From positions 258,290-322,289 of the forward strand of contig JACPKP010000003.1 in the NCBI GenBank assembly GCA_016186955.1: a stretch of DNA of 64,000 bases. The letters are read 5' to 3'. Position numbers and translations under genes: made by a program. Source of the stretch: Candidatus Daviesbacteria bacterium (GTDB lineage Bacteria; Patescibacteriota; Microgenomatia; Daviesbacterales; UBA10151). The notes below the pieces were generated by a model. That model saw only the letters and a program-made list of their open reading frames with translations, searched no databases and was not told where the DNA came from. Shown here piece by piece: positions 18,195 through 27,463 of this stretch. The stretch's first letter is position 1, and every line of letters begins with the position of its first letter.

Positions 18195-18274
18195 TAAACT
18201 ATATTTTACCAATTTCAGCTCCTTTAAGCAAAATGGGTCTTGACAAGAACTTTTTGGTTGGGTAAGCTTTAAAT

Positions 18275-18865
18275 ATGCGGTATTTCGTAACTGCTTTAAT
18301 CCTTGTATTTTTTGCAGCGCCTTTTTATCCTGCATATGCGGTTGATTCGACATCTTCAACAAAACCAAAACCCCCTAAACTTGCAAAACTGGAAAACAGG
18401 ATGGAGAATATTGCCTCGAAGGCCGCAATGTTAAAAGAAAAGCTCAAGGGTTTTAAAGACCAAAAAAAGGCTGCAATGGTTGAAAAAATAAATGATAACC
18501 TGGCTAAACTAAATAAAAACAGGACAGAGGCAATGGCAAAACACCTGGACAGGATGTCACAAATCCTGGCAAAAGTTGAGGACTATGTCAATAAACTGAC
18601 AGATAAAGATACCGCAGAGGCCAAAACAGCCATTGAAGATGCCAAAACAGCCATCAGTACTGCAAAATCAGCAGTTGATGCACAGAGCAAAAAGGATTAT
18701 ACAATAGAAGCATCCAGTGAAGCTACCATCAGACAGGATGCAAAGATTGCCAGGGATAACCTGCACAAGGATTTACAAGAGACCAGAAAACTGGTTATTG
18801 CAGCGAAAAAAGCAGTTGCAGATGCCATTAAAGTAACAGCCACAACTGTGAGAGGAAATAAATAA
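18275..18865 (+). CDS. Secreted coiled-coil protein
   Basis: Signal peptide ending AYA; Lys/Ala-rich helical body. Confidence 0.8.
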   Translation: MRYFVTALILVFFAAPFYPAYAVDSTSSTKPKPPKLAKLENRMENIASKAAMLKEKLKGFKDQKKAAMVEKINDNLAKLNKNRTEAMAKHLDRMSQILAKVEDYVNKLTDKDTAEAKTAIEDAKTAISTAKSAVDAQSKKDYTIEASSEATIRQDAKIARDNLHKDLQETRKLVIAAKKAVADAIKVTATTVRGNK

Positions 18866-19206
18866 TGGAAGAAAAAACCGCCACTGCTGCCGCAGCTCTC
18901 GAACCCCAACAAACAGTCCAAACCCCTGTTGTGGAAGCGGTGAATGCATCGGTATCAGCACAATCCGCAGGTAACAAAGGCGGGTCAGGCATGAAAATTG
19001 TATTAATTGTGCTGTTTTTAGCTCTGATAGCAGGGGCGGGGGGCTATTTATATTTTAATATGCAAAACAGCGCAGTCAATAAAGAGTCACAAAAACAGGT
19101 TGAAGACCAGACAATGACTGCGCTGGAAAATGAGGTAAACGGTGTTGATACAGGCAGTGATACTGAAGGATTTTCAGCCATAGACCAGGATCTTCAGAGC
19201 CTTTAA
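18865..19206 (+). CDS. Single-pass membrane hypothetical protein
   Basis: One TM helix; start overlaps the upstream stop (TAATG). Confidence 0.75.
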   Translation: MEEKTATAAAALEPQQTVQTPVVEAVNASVSAQSAGNKGGSGMKIVLIVLFLALIAGAGGYLYFNMQNSAVNKESQKQVEDQTMTALENEVNGVDTGSDTEGFSAIDQDLQSL

Positions 19207-19241
19207 GCTATCCGGTAGCTTCTTCAGATTAAAATGCTGAC

Positions 19242-20423
19242 ATGAGAAACATTTTTTTGCTAACAGTCATTCTAATTGTAATTTCAGGAGGGATTTTTTT
19301 CGCCTTTAAAAAGATTGGGGATATAAGGCCTGCTATTTTGCCTCCGGCTATAAAGACTGATAATACCCCTTCATCAAATTACCAAACAGGTGACAGCGTC
19401 AGTTTTTCAATTAGCTTGCCATCGGGTTTTGAAGCCAGGATTTTTGCAAAAAATTTAAACCAAGCCAGGGATTTGGAGTTTAGTGATGGCGGGACGCTTC
19501 TGGTATCAGACCTTTCAGGCCAAATTTATGCACTGCCTGATCGTGATAAAAATGGTCGGGCAGATCAGACAGTCACGCTTCTTTCAGGGTTAAACCATCC
19601 CCACGGTTTAGCATTTTATAAGAGTAAGCTTTATATAGCAGAAGAAACCAGGCTTGCAAGATATAACTTTGATGAAGAAAATTTAAAGGCTAATCTGGAA
19701 AAAGTATTATTTAAAATCCCCGGAGGAGGCAGACATTTTACCAGGTCTATCGTGATAGATGACTCCGGTAAGCTATACCTTTCGATAGGTTCAACATGTG
19801 ATGTTTGTAACGAGAAAAATCCTTGGTATGGCAGTATCATTGCTTCCGATACAGAGGGAAACAACCCGCATGTATTTACAACTGGTTTAAGGAATTCAGT
19901 TTTTTTGACTTTACACAATGATCAAGTTTGGGCAACCGAGATGGGTAGGGATTTTTTAGGCGATAATGCGCCACCCGATGAAATAAATATTATCTCAGCA
20001 GGGGACAATTATGGTTGGCCCAAATGTTTTGGAAATAAAATACACGATAATAGTTTTGACAAAAATGTTTATGTGCGTAACCCTTGTGATGATACTAAAG
20101 CGCCGGTTTTTGAAATCCCGGCCCATTCAGCGCCATTGGGGCTCACTTTCATCAAATCTGAACAGTTTCCCAAAGATTGGCAGGGGGATCTGATTGTTGC
20201 TTACCATGGATCATGGAATAAGTCAACGCCGACAGGTTATAAAGTAGTGCATATGAAAGTGGAAGGTGATAAAATTTTAAGCGCAGAAGATTTTATAACA
20301 GGATTTTTGCAAGGTTCACAGGCTGCAGGCAGGCCGGTTGATTTAATTTTTGACAAAGGCGGAAGTTTATATATCTCTGATGACAAATCCGGCACAATAT
20401 ACAAAATTACCCGTCAGGAATAG
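19242..20423 (+). CDS. Glucose/sorbosone dehydrogenase family beta-propeller
   Basis: PHGLAF, GRHFTR, GLRNS, PDEIN, NYGWP, HSAPLGL, HGSWN, GRPVD. Confidence 0.9.
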   Translation: MRNIFLLTVILIVISGGIFFAFKKIGDIRPAILPPAIKTDNTPSSNYQTGDSVSFSISLPSGFEARIFAKNLNQARDLEFSDGGTLLVSDLSGQIYALPDRDKNGRADQTVTLLSGLNHPHGLAFYKSKLYIAEETRLARYNFDEENLKANLEKVLFKIPGGGRHFTRSIVIDDSGKLYLSIGSTCDVCNEKNPWYGSIIASDTEGNNPHVFTTGLRNSVFLTLHNDQVWATEMGRDFLGDNAPPDEINIISAGDNYGWPKCFGNKIHDNSFDKNVYVRNPCDDTKAPVFEIPAHSAPLGLTFIKSEQFPKDWQGDLIVAYHGSWNKSTPTGYKVVHMKVEGDKILSAEDFITGFLQGSQAAGRPVDLIFDKGGSLYISDDKSGTIYKITRQE

Positions 20424-20431
20424 AGTATTAA

Positions 20432-21013
20432 TTATCTTCTGGCAGCTAAAACTTCCCGCACACGCCTATCCCTGTTTGGGTCTTCTTTGTCAAGATCCTC
20501 TGTGACTGTGATCATATGTACCAACAACCTGGCTAGTGTAAAATTAGGAGCCATACCGTCTTCCAACAGTTGTTGTGAAGCCACAGTGTGTTTGGCAGAC
20601 CTGAGCTCATCTTGTTCCATCATTTCATCAGGTGATTGAGGACCTCTCATTAGCCTTTCTTTAGAGCGTATTTTCTTAAGTTCAGTAAAATAGCCGTTAA
20701 GCTTGAAATTAAAATCTTGTGAAAAAAATACCGGGTCATATTTAAAGGGATTTTGCCTAAAGTATTGCCAGAATAAATCTTTAACCTCGTCTGTTCTCAG
20801 GTAAGCATTTGTTGCATCTTGTGTGTCTTCTTCATCAAGATTAGGGTTTCTTAAGCGGACCTGTTCAAGACGCTCTGCTTTTTTTTGTAAGAACTCAGAG
20901 GATCCTAAGAAACCGGAAAAATATTGCCTTGGGTTTAAAGGCCTTGGTTCCGCAACTTCCCGCTGTGATTTTTGTTCAACTGATTCTGTCATATCTTCTC
21001 CTGCAACCGACAT
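20432..21013 (-). CDS. Hypothetical protein
   Basis: 193-aa ORF, no recognised motif. Confidence 0.65.
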   Translation of the reverse strand: MSVAGEDMTESVEQKSQREVAEPRPLNPRQYFSGFLGSSEFLQKKAERLEQVRLRNPNLDEEDTQDATNAYLRTDEVKDLFWQYFRQNPFKYDPVFFSQDFNFKLNGYFTELKKIRSKERLMRGPQSPDEMMEQDELRSAKHTVASQQLLEDGMAPNFTLARLLVHMITVTEDLDKEDPNRDRRVREVLAARR

Positions 21014-21080
21014 CGTATTATCCTATAATTATAGCACTTAAAATGATTAAAAGCAAATTAATGGTATAATCTAACTTAAC

Positions 21081-21512
21081 ATGGCTGATGCTGGAATAAA
21101 AGGGGTTGTTGCGGAAGCCCCGAAAAATTTGTTTGGAGCAAGCAAAGACCTTGCCAAAGATACAGTTGGAGAGATGATAGAGGAGGGTAAACAACAAGTG
21201 CAAGGTTATCCCGGGGCGCAGACACCACAGCAGCAACAGCAAAAACAACAACAGGAACAGCTTGAACAGCAGAAAAAAGCAAAAGAGGTGGGAAGAATTA
21301 AGCAATTTTTTGCAACTATCAAACAGGACCAGGAGAGGTTGGCTCAGGAAAAAGAATTTTTTGAGAAAGAAGAAGAGCAAAAAGAGATTAAAGAAGAACA
21401 AAAAGTAAAACAGCTTGAGGTAGTTAAGAAAAATGAAAGGGAAGAAAAAGAGCAGATAGCGGTCCAAAGGAAAAGGGCCAAAGTAGAGAACAAAGGGGTA
21501 GGCGGAGGTTAG
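21081..21512 (+). CDS. Gln/Glu/Lys-rich coiled-coil hypothetical protein
   Basis: Extended -10 TGGTATAAT upstream; ends 3 bp before cysS. Confidence 0.75.
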   Translation: MADAGIKGVVAEAPKNLFGASKDLAKDTVGEMIEEGKQQVQGYPGAQTPQQQQQKQQQEQLEQQKKAKEVGRIKQFFATIKQDQERLAQEKEFFEKEEEQKEIKEEQKVKQLEVVKKNEREEKEQIAVQRKRAKVENKGVGGG

Positions 21513-21515
21513 CTC

Positions 21516-22807
21516 ATGTTAAAACTATTTAACTCACTTTCGCGCAAAATTGAGGAGTTTGTTCCGCTTAATCCCCCAAAAGTTGGCGTATATGCCTGCG
21601 GGCCCACTGTTTATGACTTCGCCCATATCGGAAACTTAAGGAGTTTTGTAATGTATGATATTTTGCGCAGGGTTCTGGAAGCAGATGGGTATGAAGTAAC
21701 TTTTGTAGAAAACATCACGGATATTGATGACAAAATTATTAAAAAAGCCAAAGAAAAAAACCTGGATATGGCAGAATTTACAAAGCAGTATACGGAATAT
21801 TTCTTGGAAGACTTAAACAAACTAAATATAAAACTTCCTGATGTCCAGCCCAAAGCGACTGAGCATATCAGCCTGATGGTTAAATATATAGAGGTTTTAC
21901 TAGACAAAGGGTTGGCTTATGCCGAAAAAGACGGGTCGGTATATTTTGACATCTCAAAATTTCCGGATTATGGAAAATTATCCGGGGTTGAAAAACGCGA
22001 GCTTAAAACAGGGACCAGGGTGCTTTCGGATGAATACACAAAAGAAAATATCCAGGATTTTGCACTATGGAAAGGAGTTGAGGCGGATGAGTTTGGTTGG
22101 GACAGCCCCTGGGGAAAAGGCAGGCCGGGCTGGCATATCGAATGTTCGGTGATGAGCCAAAAGTATTTGGGTGATACCCTGGACATCCATGCAGGAGGAA
22201 TAGATTTGATGTTTCCCCATCATGAAAACGAAATTGCCCAATCAGAGGGAAAAACAGGCAAACTATTTGCCAAATTTTTTGTTCATGGCGAACATCTTTT
22301 GGTTGATGCCCAAAAGATGAGTAAATCCTTAAATAATTTTTATACATTAAAGGACATTGAGGAGAAAGGCCTGCCTGCCCTGCCCTGCCGGCAGGCGGGC
22401 GGCAGGCAGGGTTTTGATGCCTTGGCTTACCGCTTCGTGAAATGGTGAGGGATTGGGAGAAGCCAAAAATTGGCTGCGCCCAGTATGAAGAAGATTTTTT
22501 TAAAGCGCTGGACAACGACTTAAACACACCTCAAGCCTTGGCTGTTATGTGGTATTTAATCAAATCCGATTACCCTACTTCCGCAAAGGCAGAAAGCCTG
22601 CTCAAGATGGACAAAGTTTTGGGGCTTGGGCTTGATAAATATTTGGGTAAACAAATTGATGTACCCGGTCAAGTACAGAAATTGGTTGATGAAAGGGAAC
22701 AGGCTAGAAAAGACCGCGATTTTGAAAAATCCGACCAGCTTAGAAAAAGAATAAAAGATATGGGATTTGAGATAGAGGATACACCTGAAGGTCCAAAAAT
22801 CAGATGA
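21516..22807 (+). CDS. cysS: Cysteine-tRNA ligase, split by an internal deletion/frameshift near 22435
   Basis: CGPTVYD, HIGN, GRPGWHIECS, FPHHENE, KMSKS in 21516..22448; DDLNTP and anticodon-binding domain in 22442..22807. Confidence 0.93.
22370..22410. repeat. Nested CCTGCCTGCC/GGCAGGCAGG palindrome in frame within cysS
   Basis: CCTGCCTGCCCTGCCCTGCCGGCAGGCGGGCGGCAGGCAGG, translated LPALPCRQAGGRQG. Confidence 0.88.
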
Positions 22808-22920
22808 GCCTCTACAGACTCCGCTTCGCTTCGCCCGTAGTTTCTCTTCCTGCTCGCCTTCGGCGAGATTCGCCTGTCGGCGAAGCAAACTTTATCCACG
22901 GATTAGCATCCGTGGTTTTT
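22808..22920. repeat. Cluster of REP-like hairpins downstream of cysS
   Basis: CTCGCC-TTC-GGCGAG, TTCGCC-TGTC-GGCGAA, CCACGGAT-TAGC-ATCCGTGG. Confidence 0.75.
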
Positions 22921-22966
22921 CGTTTGAAAGAATAACCCTACGCACGCAAGGCGTCCCCTTTTGAGG

Positions 22967-23647
22967 CTAACCATCCTCAATTATGATATTTTGTATTTCC
23001 AATAGATCATCACTTTTTTCAACAAAAGCCTTGTACGATAGGGTAGGGTTTGTTTTTGAGAAATATGCCAATACCTCTTGTGGTTTGACCCAATCTGTTT
23101 TTCTTATTTCTAAGTACTCGGGGTAAGAAGACGGTTGCCCCTGCAAGGCGTCCCCTTTTGAGGCTAAAGCCTGTTTATGGATGTATTTGGACAGGTAAAC
23201 GAATTGTTGGTCAGTAACAACATTAACAGCTTTGTATACATCTTGATATAATCCGCCTACTCGTTTGTATTTACGGTTAAAATACATAGTGTATCTAGTG
23301 CAAAGGGAATTCATGAATTTGTCAATGGATTGTGCACTTCTTTGTTTGATCAAGAAATGGAAATGGTTCGGCATCAAACAATACGCCAATAAATTAATCT
23401 CGTCAGCAAAATTATTTAAACGGAGTAATTGTAAAATTTTTGCCCGTTCCTTATAAGAAATATTGGGATCAGACAATTTTTTCTTTAAATCAGTTTCGTT
23501 TTTGGGAAGCAAGTATTCCTTTAGATAATACAAAAAAACACCATAGTCTTGTTGGTCTGAAAAGATTAATCTTTTTTCAACTCCACGATTATAAATATGG
23601 TAATAACTATTTTCTAAGTATTGTTTATTTGAATTACGTGAAGGCAC
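22967..23647 (-). CDS. REP-associated tyrosine transposase (RAYT, Y1 HUH family)
   Basis: YHIYNRG, YCLMPNHFHFL (HUH), YFNRKY...G.LYQ..YK, YIH, SSY. Confidence 0.92.
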   Translation of the reverse strand: MPSRNSNKQYLENSYYHIYNRGVEKRLIFSDQQDYGVFLYYLKEYLLPKNETDLKKKLSDPNISYKERAKILQLLRLNNFADEINLLAYCLMPNHFHFLIKQRSAQSIDKFMNSLCTRYTMYFNRKYKRVGGLYQDVYKAVNVVTDQQFVYLSKYIHKQALASKGDALQGQPSSYPEYLEIRKTDWVKPQEVLAYFSKTNPTLSYKAFVEKSDDLLEIQNIIIEDG

Positions 23648-23765
23648 GTTGTGTTAATAGCATACTTAATTTTAAATTGCAAGCTTCTACGATCACAAGG
23701 CGTCCCCTTTTGAGGCTAACCATCCTCAATTTGACACGGGGTAACTATTATGGGATAATGTTAAA

Positions 23766-24413
23766 ATGAAGGAAGAGCAATCTTTAGCTGAAAAGCGGCA
23801 GTTAATTTACGACCGTGGCCGGGAAATAGTGATGAATGCCCCTCAGCTTTATGTAGACGTAGATGTTGAAGCTGATGGGATAGCAGGTTATGGATCAATG
23901 CTATCCATAGGCGCCCAAAGCCCTACAGGTGAAGCGTTCTATAGTGAAATTAAACCTTTATTTGAAGAATTCATTCCAGGTAACAGGAAATTTTGCGAAG
24001 ATCATAATTTATCTCATGAACGTTTATTATTAGAGGCTTCGGATTATCAGAGTGTTATGGGTAATTTTTACAAATGGATTGAAGGATTAAAAAAAGCGGA
24101 TATTGGAAAATCCGCTGTATTTACAGCATTTAATGCGGCGTATGATTGGGCTTTTATTGATTTATATTTTACAAAAGCCGGATTTGAAAATCCCTTTGGC
24201 ATCGCCCCTTTTGATTTAAAATCACTGGCTTTACCGTTGACAGGGAATTGGGATTGGAAAATGACCTCTAAAAGCAGGTTACCAAGCATTATTATACCGG
24301 ATGGGGATTTTACCCACCATGCTTTAGAAGATGCCCAATACCAACAAAAACTGCATTTTGGTATGGCAGGATTATTAGGAAAAAGAAACTATCTCGATAT
24401 CGCCCATTATTAA
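23766..24413 (+). CDS. DEDDh 3'-5' exonuclease (RNase AS/DnaQ-like)
   Basis: ExoI VDVEADG, ExoII NAAYDWAF, ExoIII HHALEDA. Confidence 0.88.
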   Translation: MKEEQSLAEKRQLIYDRGREIVMNAPQLYVDVDVEADGIAGYGSMLSIGAQSPTGEAFYSEIKPLFEEFIPGNRKFCEDHNLSHERLLLEASDYQSVMGNFYKWIEGLKKADIGKSAVFTAFNAAYDWAFIDLYFTKAGFENPFGIAPFDLKSLALPLTGNWDWKMTSKSRLPSIIIPDGDFTHHALEDAQYQQKLHFGMAGLLGKRNYLDIAHY

Positions 24414-24494
24414 CCCTACGCACGTAAGGCGTCCCCTTTTGAGGCTAAAAAATAATGCTTGACAAAACGCATTAATTATAAGATCATACTAACC

Positions 24495-24782
24495 ATGGCA
24501 GAATGTAAATTTGATTGTCCGAATATAGATAATTGTCCACAATTAAAAGGTCAATGCCCTGCTTTTCCTACTGATACAACTGAAAGTGCCCTAGATTGGT
24601 GTAACCAGGTAGTTTCAGGGCGGAAGCAAGTCACTGAGCAGGTGGTAAGGAGAGAAGAAGTTATCGGCAGAAACCCTTTATTCCATAGTTTTACTGACAG
24701 TAGGATAGTTGGCAGACATACCCGGAAAATTTTTTTGGACGGCGATGTGGATGATTTGGAGCCTGACGATTATTTGAAATGA
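24495..24782 (+). CDS. Small Cys-rich hypothetical protein
   Basis: MAECKFDCPNIDNCPQLKGQCP; TTGACA-type promoter upstream. Confidence 0.6.
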   Translation: MAECKFDCPNIDNCPQLKGQCPAFPTDTTESALDWCNQVVSGRKQVTEQVVRREEVIGRNPLFHSFTDSRIVGRHTRKIFLDGDVDDLEPDDYLK

Positions 24783-24840
24783 GCTTCTTCAAATTCTAAT
24801 TACCTTGTTTGATTTTGGGTAATCTGTTAACATATCCTTC

Positions 24841-26115
24841 ATGTATCAGTTGGTAACCTTCAAAAACGGCCTGACGCTTATCACCATTGATCTTCCTCAC
24901 CTTGATTCTGTCACAACGCTGGTGGCAGTGGGGGCAGGCTCCAGGTACGAAACTAAAAACATTAATGGTATCTCCCATTTTCTGGAACACATGTTTTTTA
25001 AGGGTTCGCGAAAGTATCCTACTGCAGAGCAAATTGCAACCATAGTTGACGGGATGGGTGCGGTAAACAATGCTGCAACCGGCAAGGAATACACATTTTA
25101 TTGGATCAAATCCTCAGCCAAACATCTGGAAGTTGCCATGGATATCCTGTCCTCCCAGCTTAAGGAGTCGTTGCTTTTGGAGGAAGAGATAGAGAAAGAA
25201 AAAGGGGTGATTGCTGAGGAATTGAGGATGTACAGGGATAATCCTACCCGTTATATATGGGACCTTTATGAAAATTTACAGTTTGGTGACACGCCTTTGG
25301 GTTGGGATATCGGAGGAAAGGAAAAGATTATTCAAAAATTCGGCAGGCCGGATTTTGTAAAATATCTTGATTCTTTATACTCCCCCCAAAACATGGTGTT
25401 GGTTTTAGCCGGGAAACTGCCTCAAGATGTTAAAAAATTAGCGGAAAACTTCTTTTTGGATCTGCCAAATAGATCGGATTATGATTTTGTGCCATTTAAA
25501 AAATTAAAACAGCACAAACCCAAAATCAATGTTTTTTATAAAAAAACTGACCAGGCCAACCTGGTACTTGGTGTTGAGGGTTATGACAGATATGATGCGG
25601 AAAGGTATGCAGCCAGGGTTTTGGGTGTGATTTTGGGAGAAGGTATGTCTTCCAGGTTGTTTATTCAGGTTCGTGAGAAACGCGGATTGGCTTATCATGT
25701 CAGCGCAGGTTTTGACCCCTATAAAGACACCGGCGCTTTTACAGTCTATGCAGGATTAAAGCTGGAAAAAGTTGAGGAAGGCCTAGAGGTGATTATTGCA
25801 GAGCTTTTAAGAATTATTAAAGAAAAAGTTACAGAAGATGAGTTAAAAAAAGCAAAAGAGATGATCAGGGGAAGGTTGGCGATCAGGGCGGAGTCAACAA
25901 ACTTTTTAGCGGAATATTTTGGTACTAACTTTATTTTGGATCGTAAAATAGAGGAATTTGGGGACTTGCAAAAAAGGATTGATGGTGTTAGTCTCGAAGA
26001 TGTAAGGCTTGTTGCGGGCGAACTTTTCAAAGAAGAAAAGTTTAACTTACAGGTTATCGGCCCGTTTAAAAACAGCAAGTCTTTTGAGCGGATTCTGGTT
26101 GGAGGACCCCGATGA
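24841..26115 (+). CDS. M16 family zinc peptidase
   Basis: GISHFLEHMFFKG (HxxEH), NAAT, SSRLF..VREKRGLAY. Confidence 0.95.
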   Translation: MYQLVTFKNGLTLITIDLPHLDSVTTLVAVGAGSRYETKNINGISHFLEHMFFKGSRKYPTAEQIATIVDGMGAVNNAATGKEYTFYWIKSSAKHLEVAMDILSSQLKESLLLEEEIEKEKGVIAEELRMYRDNPTRYIWDLYENLQFGDTPLGWDIGGKEKIIQKFGRPDFVKYLDSLYSPQNMVLVLAGKLPQDVKKLAENFFLDLPNRSDYDFVPFKKLKQHKPKINVFYKKTDQANLVLGVEGYDRYDAERYAARVLGVILGEGMSSRLFIQVREKRGLAYHVSAGFDPYKDTGAFTVYAGLKLEKVEEGLEVIIAELLRIIKEKVTEDELKKAKEMIRGRLAIRAESTNFLAEYFGTNFILDRKIEEFGDLQKRIDGVSLEDVRLVAGELFKEEKFNLQVIGPFKNSKSFERILVGGPR

Positions 26116-26135
26116 AGAGGTCCCGTAACAACCAT

Positions 26136-27422
26136 ATGAAAGAAAACCCGTTTGAAAATGCTTTGGCACAACTTGCTGAGGCAGGCAAAGTAGCAAATAT
26201 TGACCCTGCTGTTTTAGAGATTTTATCAAAACCTGAGCGGGAAATATACTTTCATTTACCCCTTAAAAGAGACTCCGGAAAATTTGAGATATACGAAGCC
26301 TACCGGGTGGAATATAACAACTGGCTTGGCCCCTACAAGGGCGGTTTAAGATACCATCCTGATGTTGATATTGACGAGGTGAAGGCGTTAGCCTTGTGGA
26401 TGACGATTAAATGTGCTGATTCAGATCTTCCTTTTGGTGGTGGTAAAGGAGGCATCAAAGTTGACCCCAAAGCCTTATCGGCAGGGGAGTTGGAAAGGCT
26501 GACCAGGCTTTTTGGCCACGAACTTGCCCCAAACATTGGTCCCACCACAGATGTTCCGGCGCCTGATGTCAATACAGGTCCTAAACAGATGGATCAGATA
26601 GAAGAAGAATATGAAAAATATGTCCAAAGCCAAATCGATAAGCATAAATTTTCAAAGGATGAACTTAAAAGAGCGCCGGGGGTTATCACCGGTAAATCAA
26701 TCGGGCATGGGGGGTCTGAAGGCAGGGGTGTGGCAACTGCACTGGGTGGGTTTTATGTCCTGGAAGCGCTTGTTGAGAAATTGGGACTCAAAAAACCGTT
26801 GACTGTTGCTATCCAGGGGTTTGGGAACGCCGGGATGCATGAGGCTGAGTTCCTCTATGCAAACGGATATCAAGTAGTTGCGGTATCTGATTCAAAGGGG
26901 GGTATCTACGATAAAACGCATAAAGGGTTAAATATTGACTTGGTAAAAAAAGTAAAAGAGGAAAAAGGCAGCCTACAGGTAGGATATAATAAAGGACATA
27001 TCTCTAACGAGGAATTGCTGGGACTTAATGTCGATATCCTGGTTCCTGCTGCTCTGGAAGGTGTTATCACTAAGATGAATGCAGATAATATAAGGGCAAA
27101 AATTATCCTGGAATTGGCAAATGGTCCAACTACCCTGGAAGCAGATAAGATTTTAGGTAAAAAGGGTTGTATAATTGCACCGGATGTTTTGACTAATGCT
27201 GGTGGGGTAATAGTTTCATACTTTGAGTTTGTTCAGAATTTGGAAAATGAGCATTGGACAGAAGAAGAGGTTTATAAAAAACTTAAAACTAAAATGATTA
27301 AAGAGTTTAACACAATTTGGGATATAAGTCAGGAAATGAAAATAAATCTCCGTATGGCAGCTTATGTTTCAGCTTTAAGAAGACTTCAGGCTGCAGCCCC
27401 AATTTTTGCCAAAGCAGCCTAA
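26136..27422 (+). CDS. gdhA: Glu/Leu/Phe/Val dehydrogenase (glutamate dehydrogenase)
   Basis: GPYKGGLRY, GGGKGG, DVPAPDVNT, GFGNAG, ELANGP, NAGGVIVSYFE. Confidence 0.93.
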   Translation: MKENPFENALAQLAEAGKVANIDPAVLEILSKPEREIYFHLPLKRDSGKFEIYEAYRVEYNNWLGPYKGGLRYHPDVDIDEVKALALWMTIKCADSDLPFGGGKGGIKVDPKALSAGELERLTRLFGHELAPNIGPTTDVPAPDVNTGPKQMDQIEEEYEKYVQSQIDKHKFSKDELKRAPGVITGKSIGHGGSEGRGVATALGGFYVLEALVEKLGLKKPLTVAIQGFGNAGMHEAEFLYANGYQVVAVSDSKGGIYDKTHKGLNIDLVKKVKEEKGSLQVGYNKGHISNEELLGLNVDILVPAALEGVITKMNADNIRAKIILELANGPTTLEADKILGKKGCIIAPDVLTNAGGVIVSYFEFVQNLENEHWTEEEVYKKLKTKMIKEFNTIWDISQEMKINLRMAAYVSALRRLQAAAPIFAKAA

Positions 27423-27463
27423 GAGTTGTTTTTATCAGCCAAATGCGCTAAATTATCCATAAC

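Larger units (their letters stand above)
22933..24447. mobile_element. RAYT/REP locus with four direct copies of AAGGCGTCCCCTTTTGAGGCTA
   Basis: Copies at 22947-22969, 23144-23166 (intragenic), 23696-23718 and about 24426-24447. Confidence 0.8.

Noticed and set aside
17918-18368. Short ORFs overlapping tRNA-Arg
   Set aside because: They arise from the GC-rich tRNA and structured sequence.
22947-24447. 23-bp direct repeats as a CRISPR array
   Set aside because: Spacing is irregular (about 200-730 bp), one copy is intragenic, and the adjacent gene is a RAYT.
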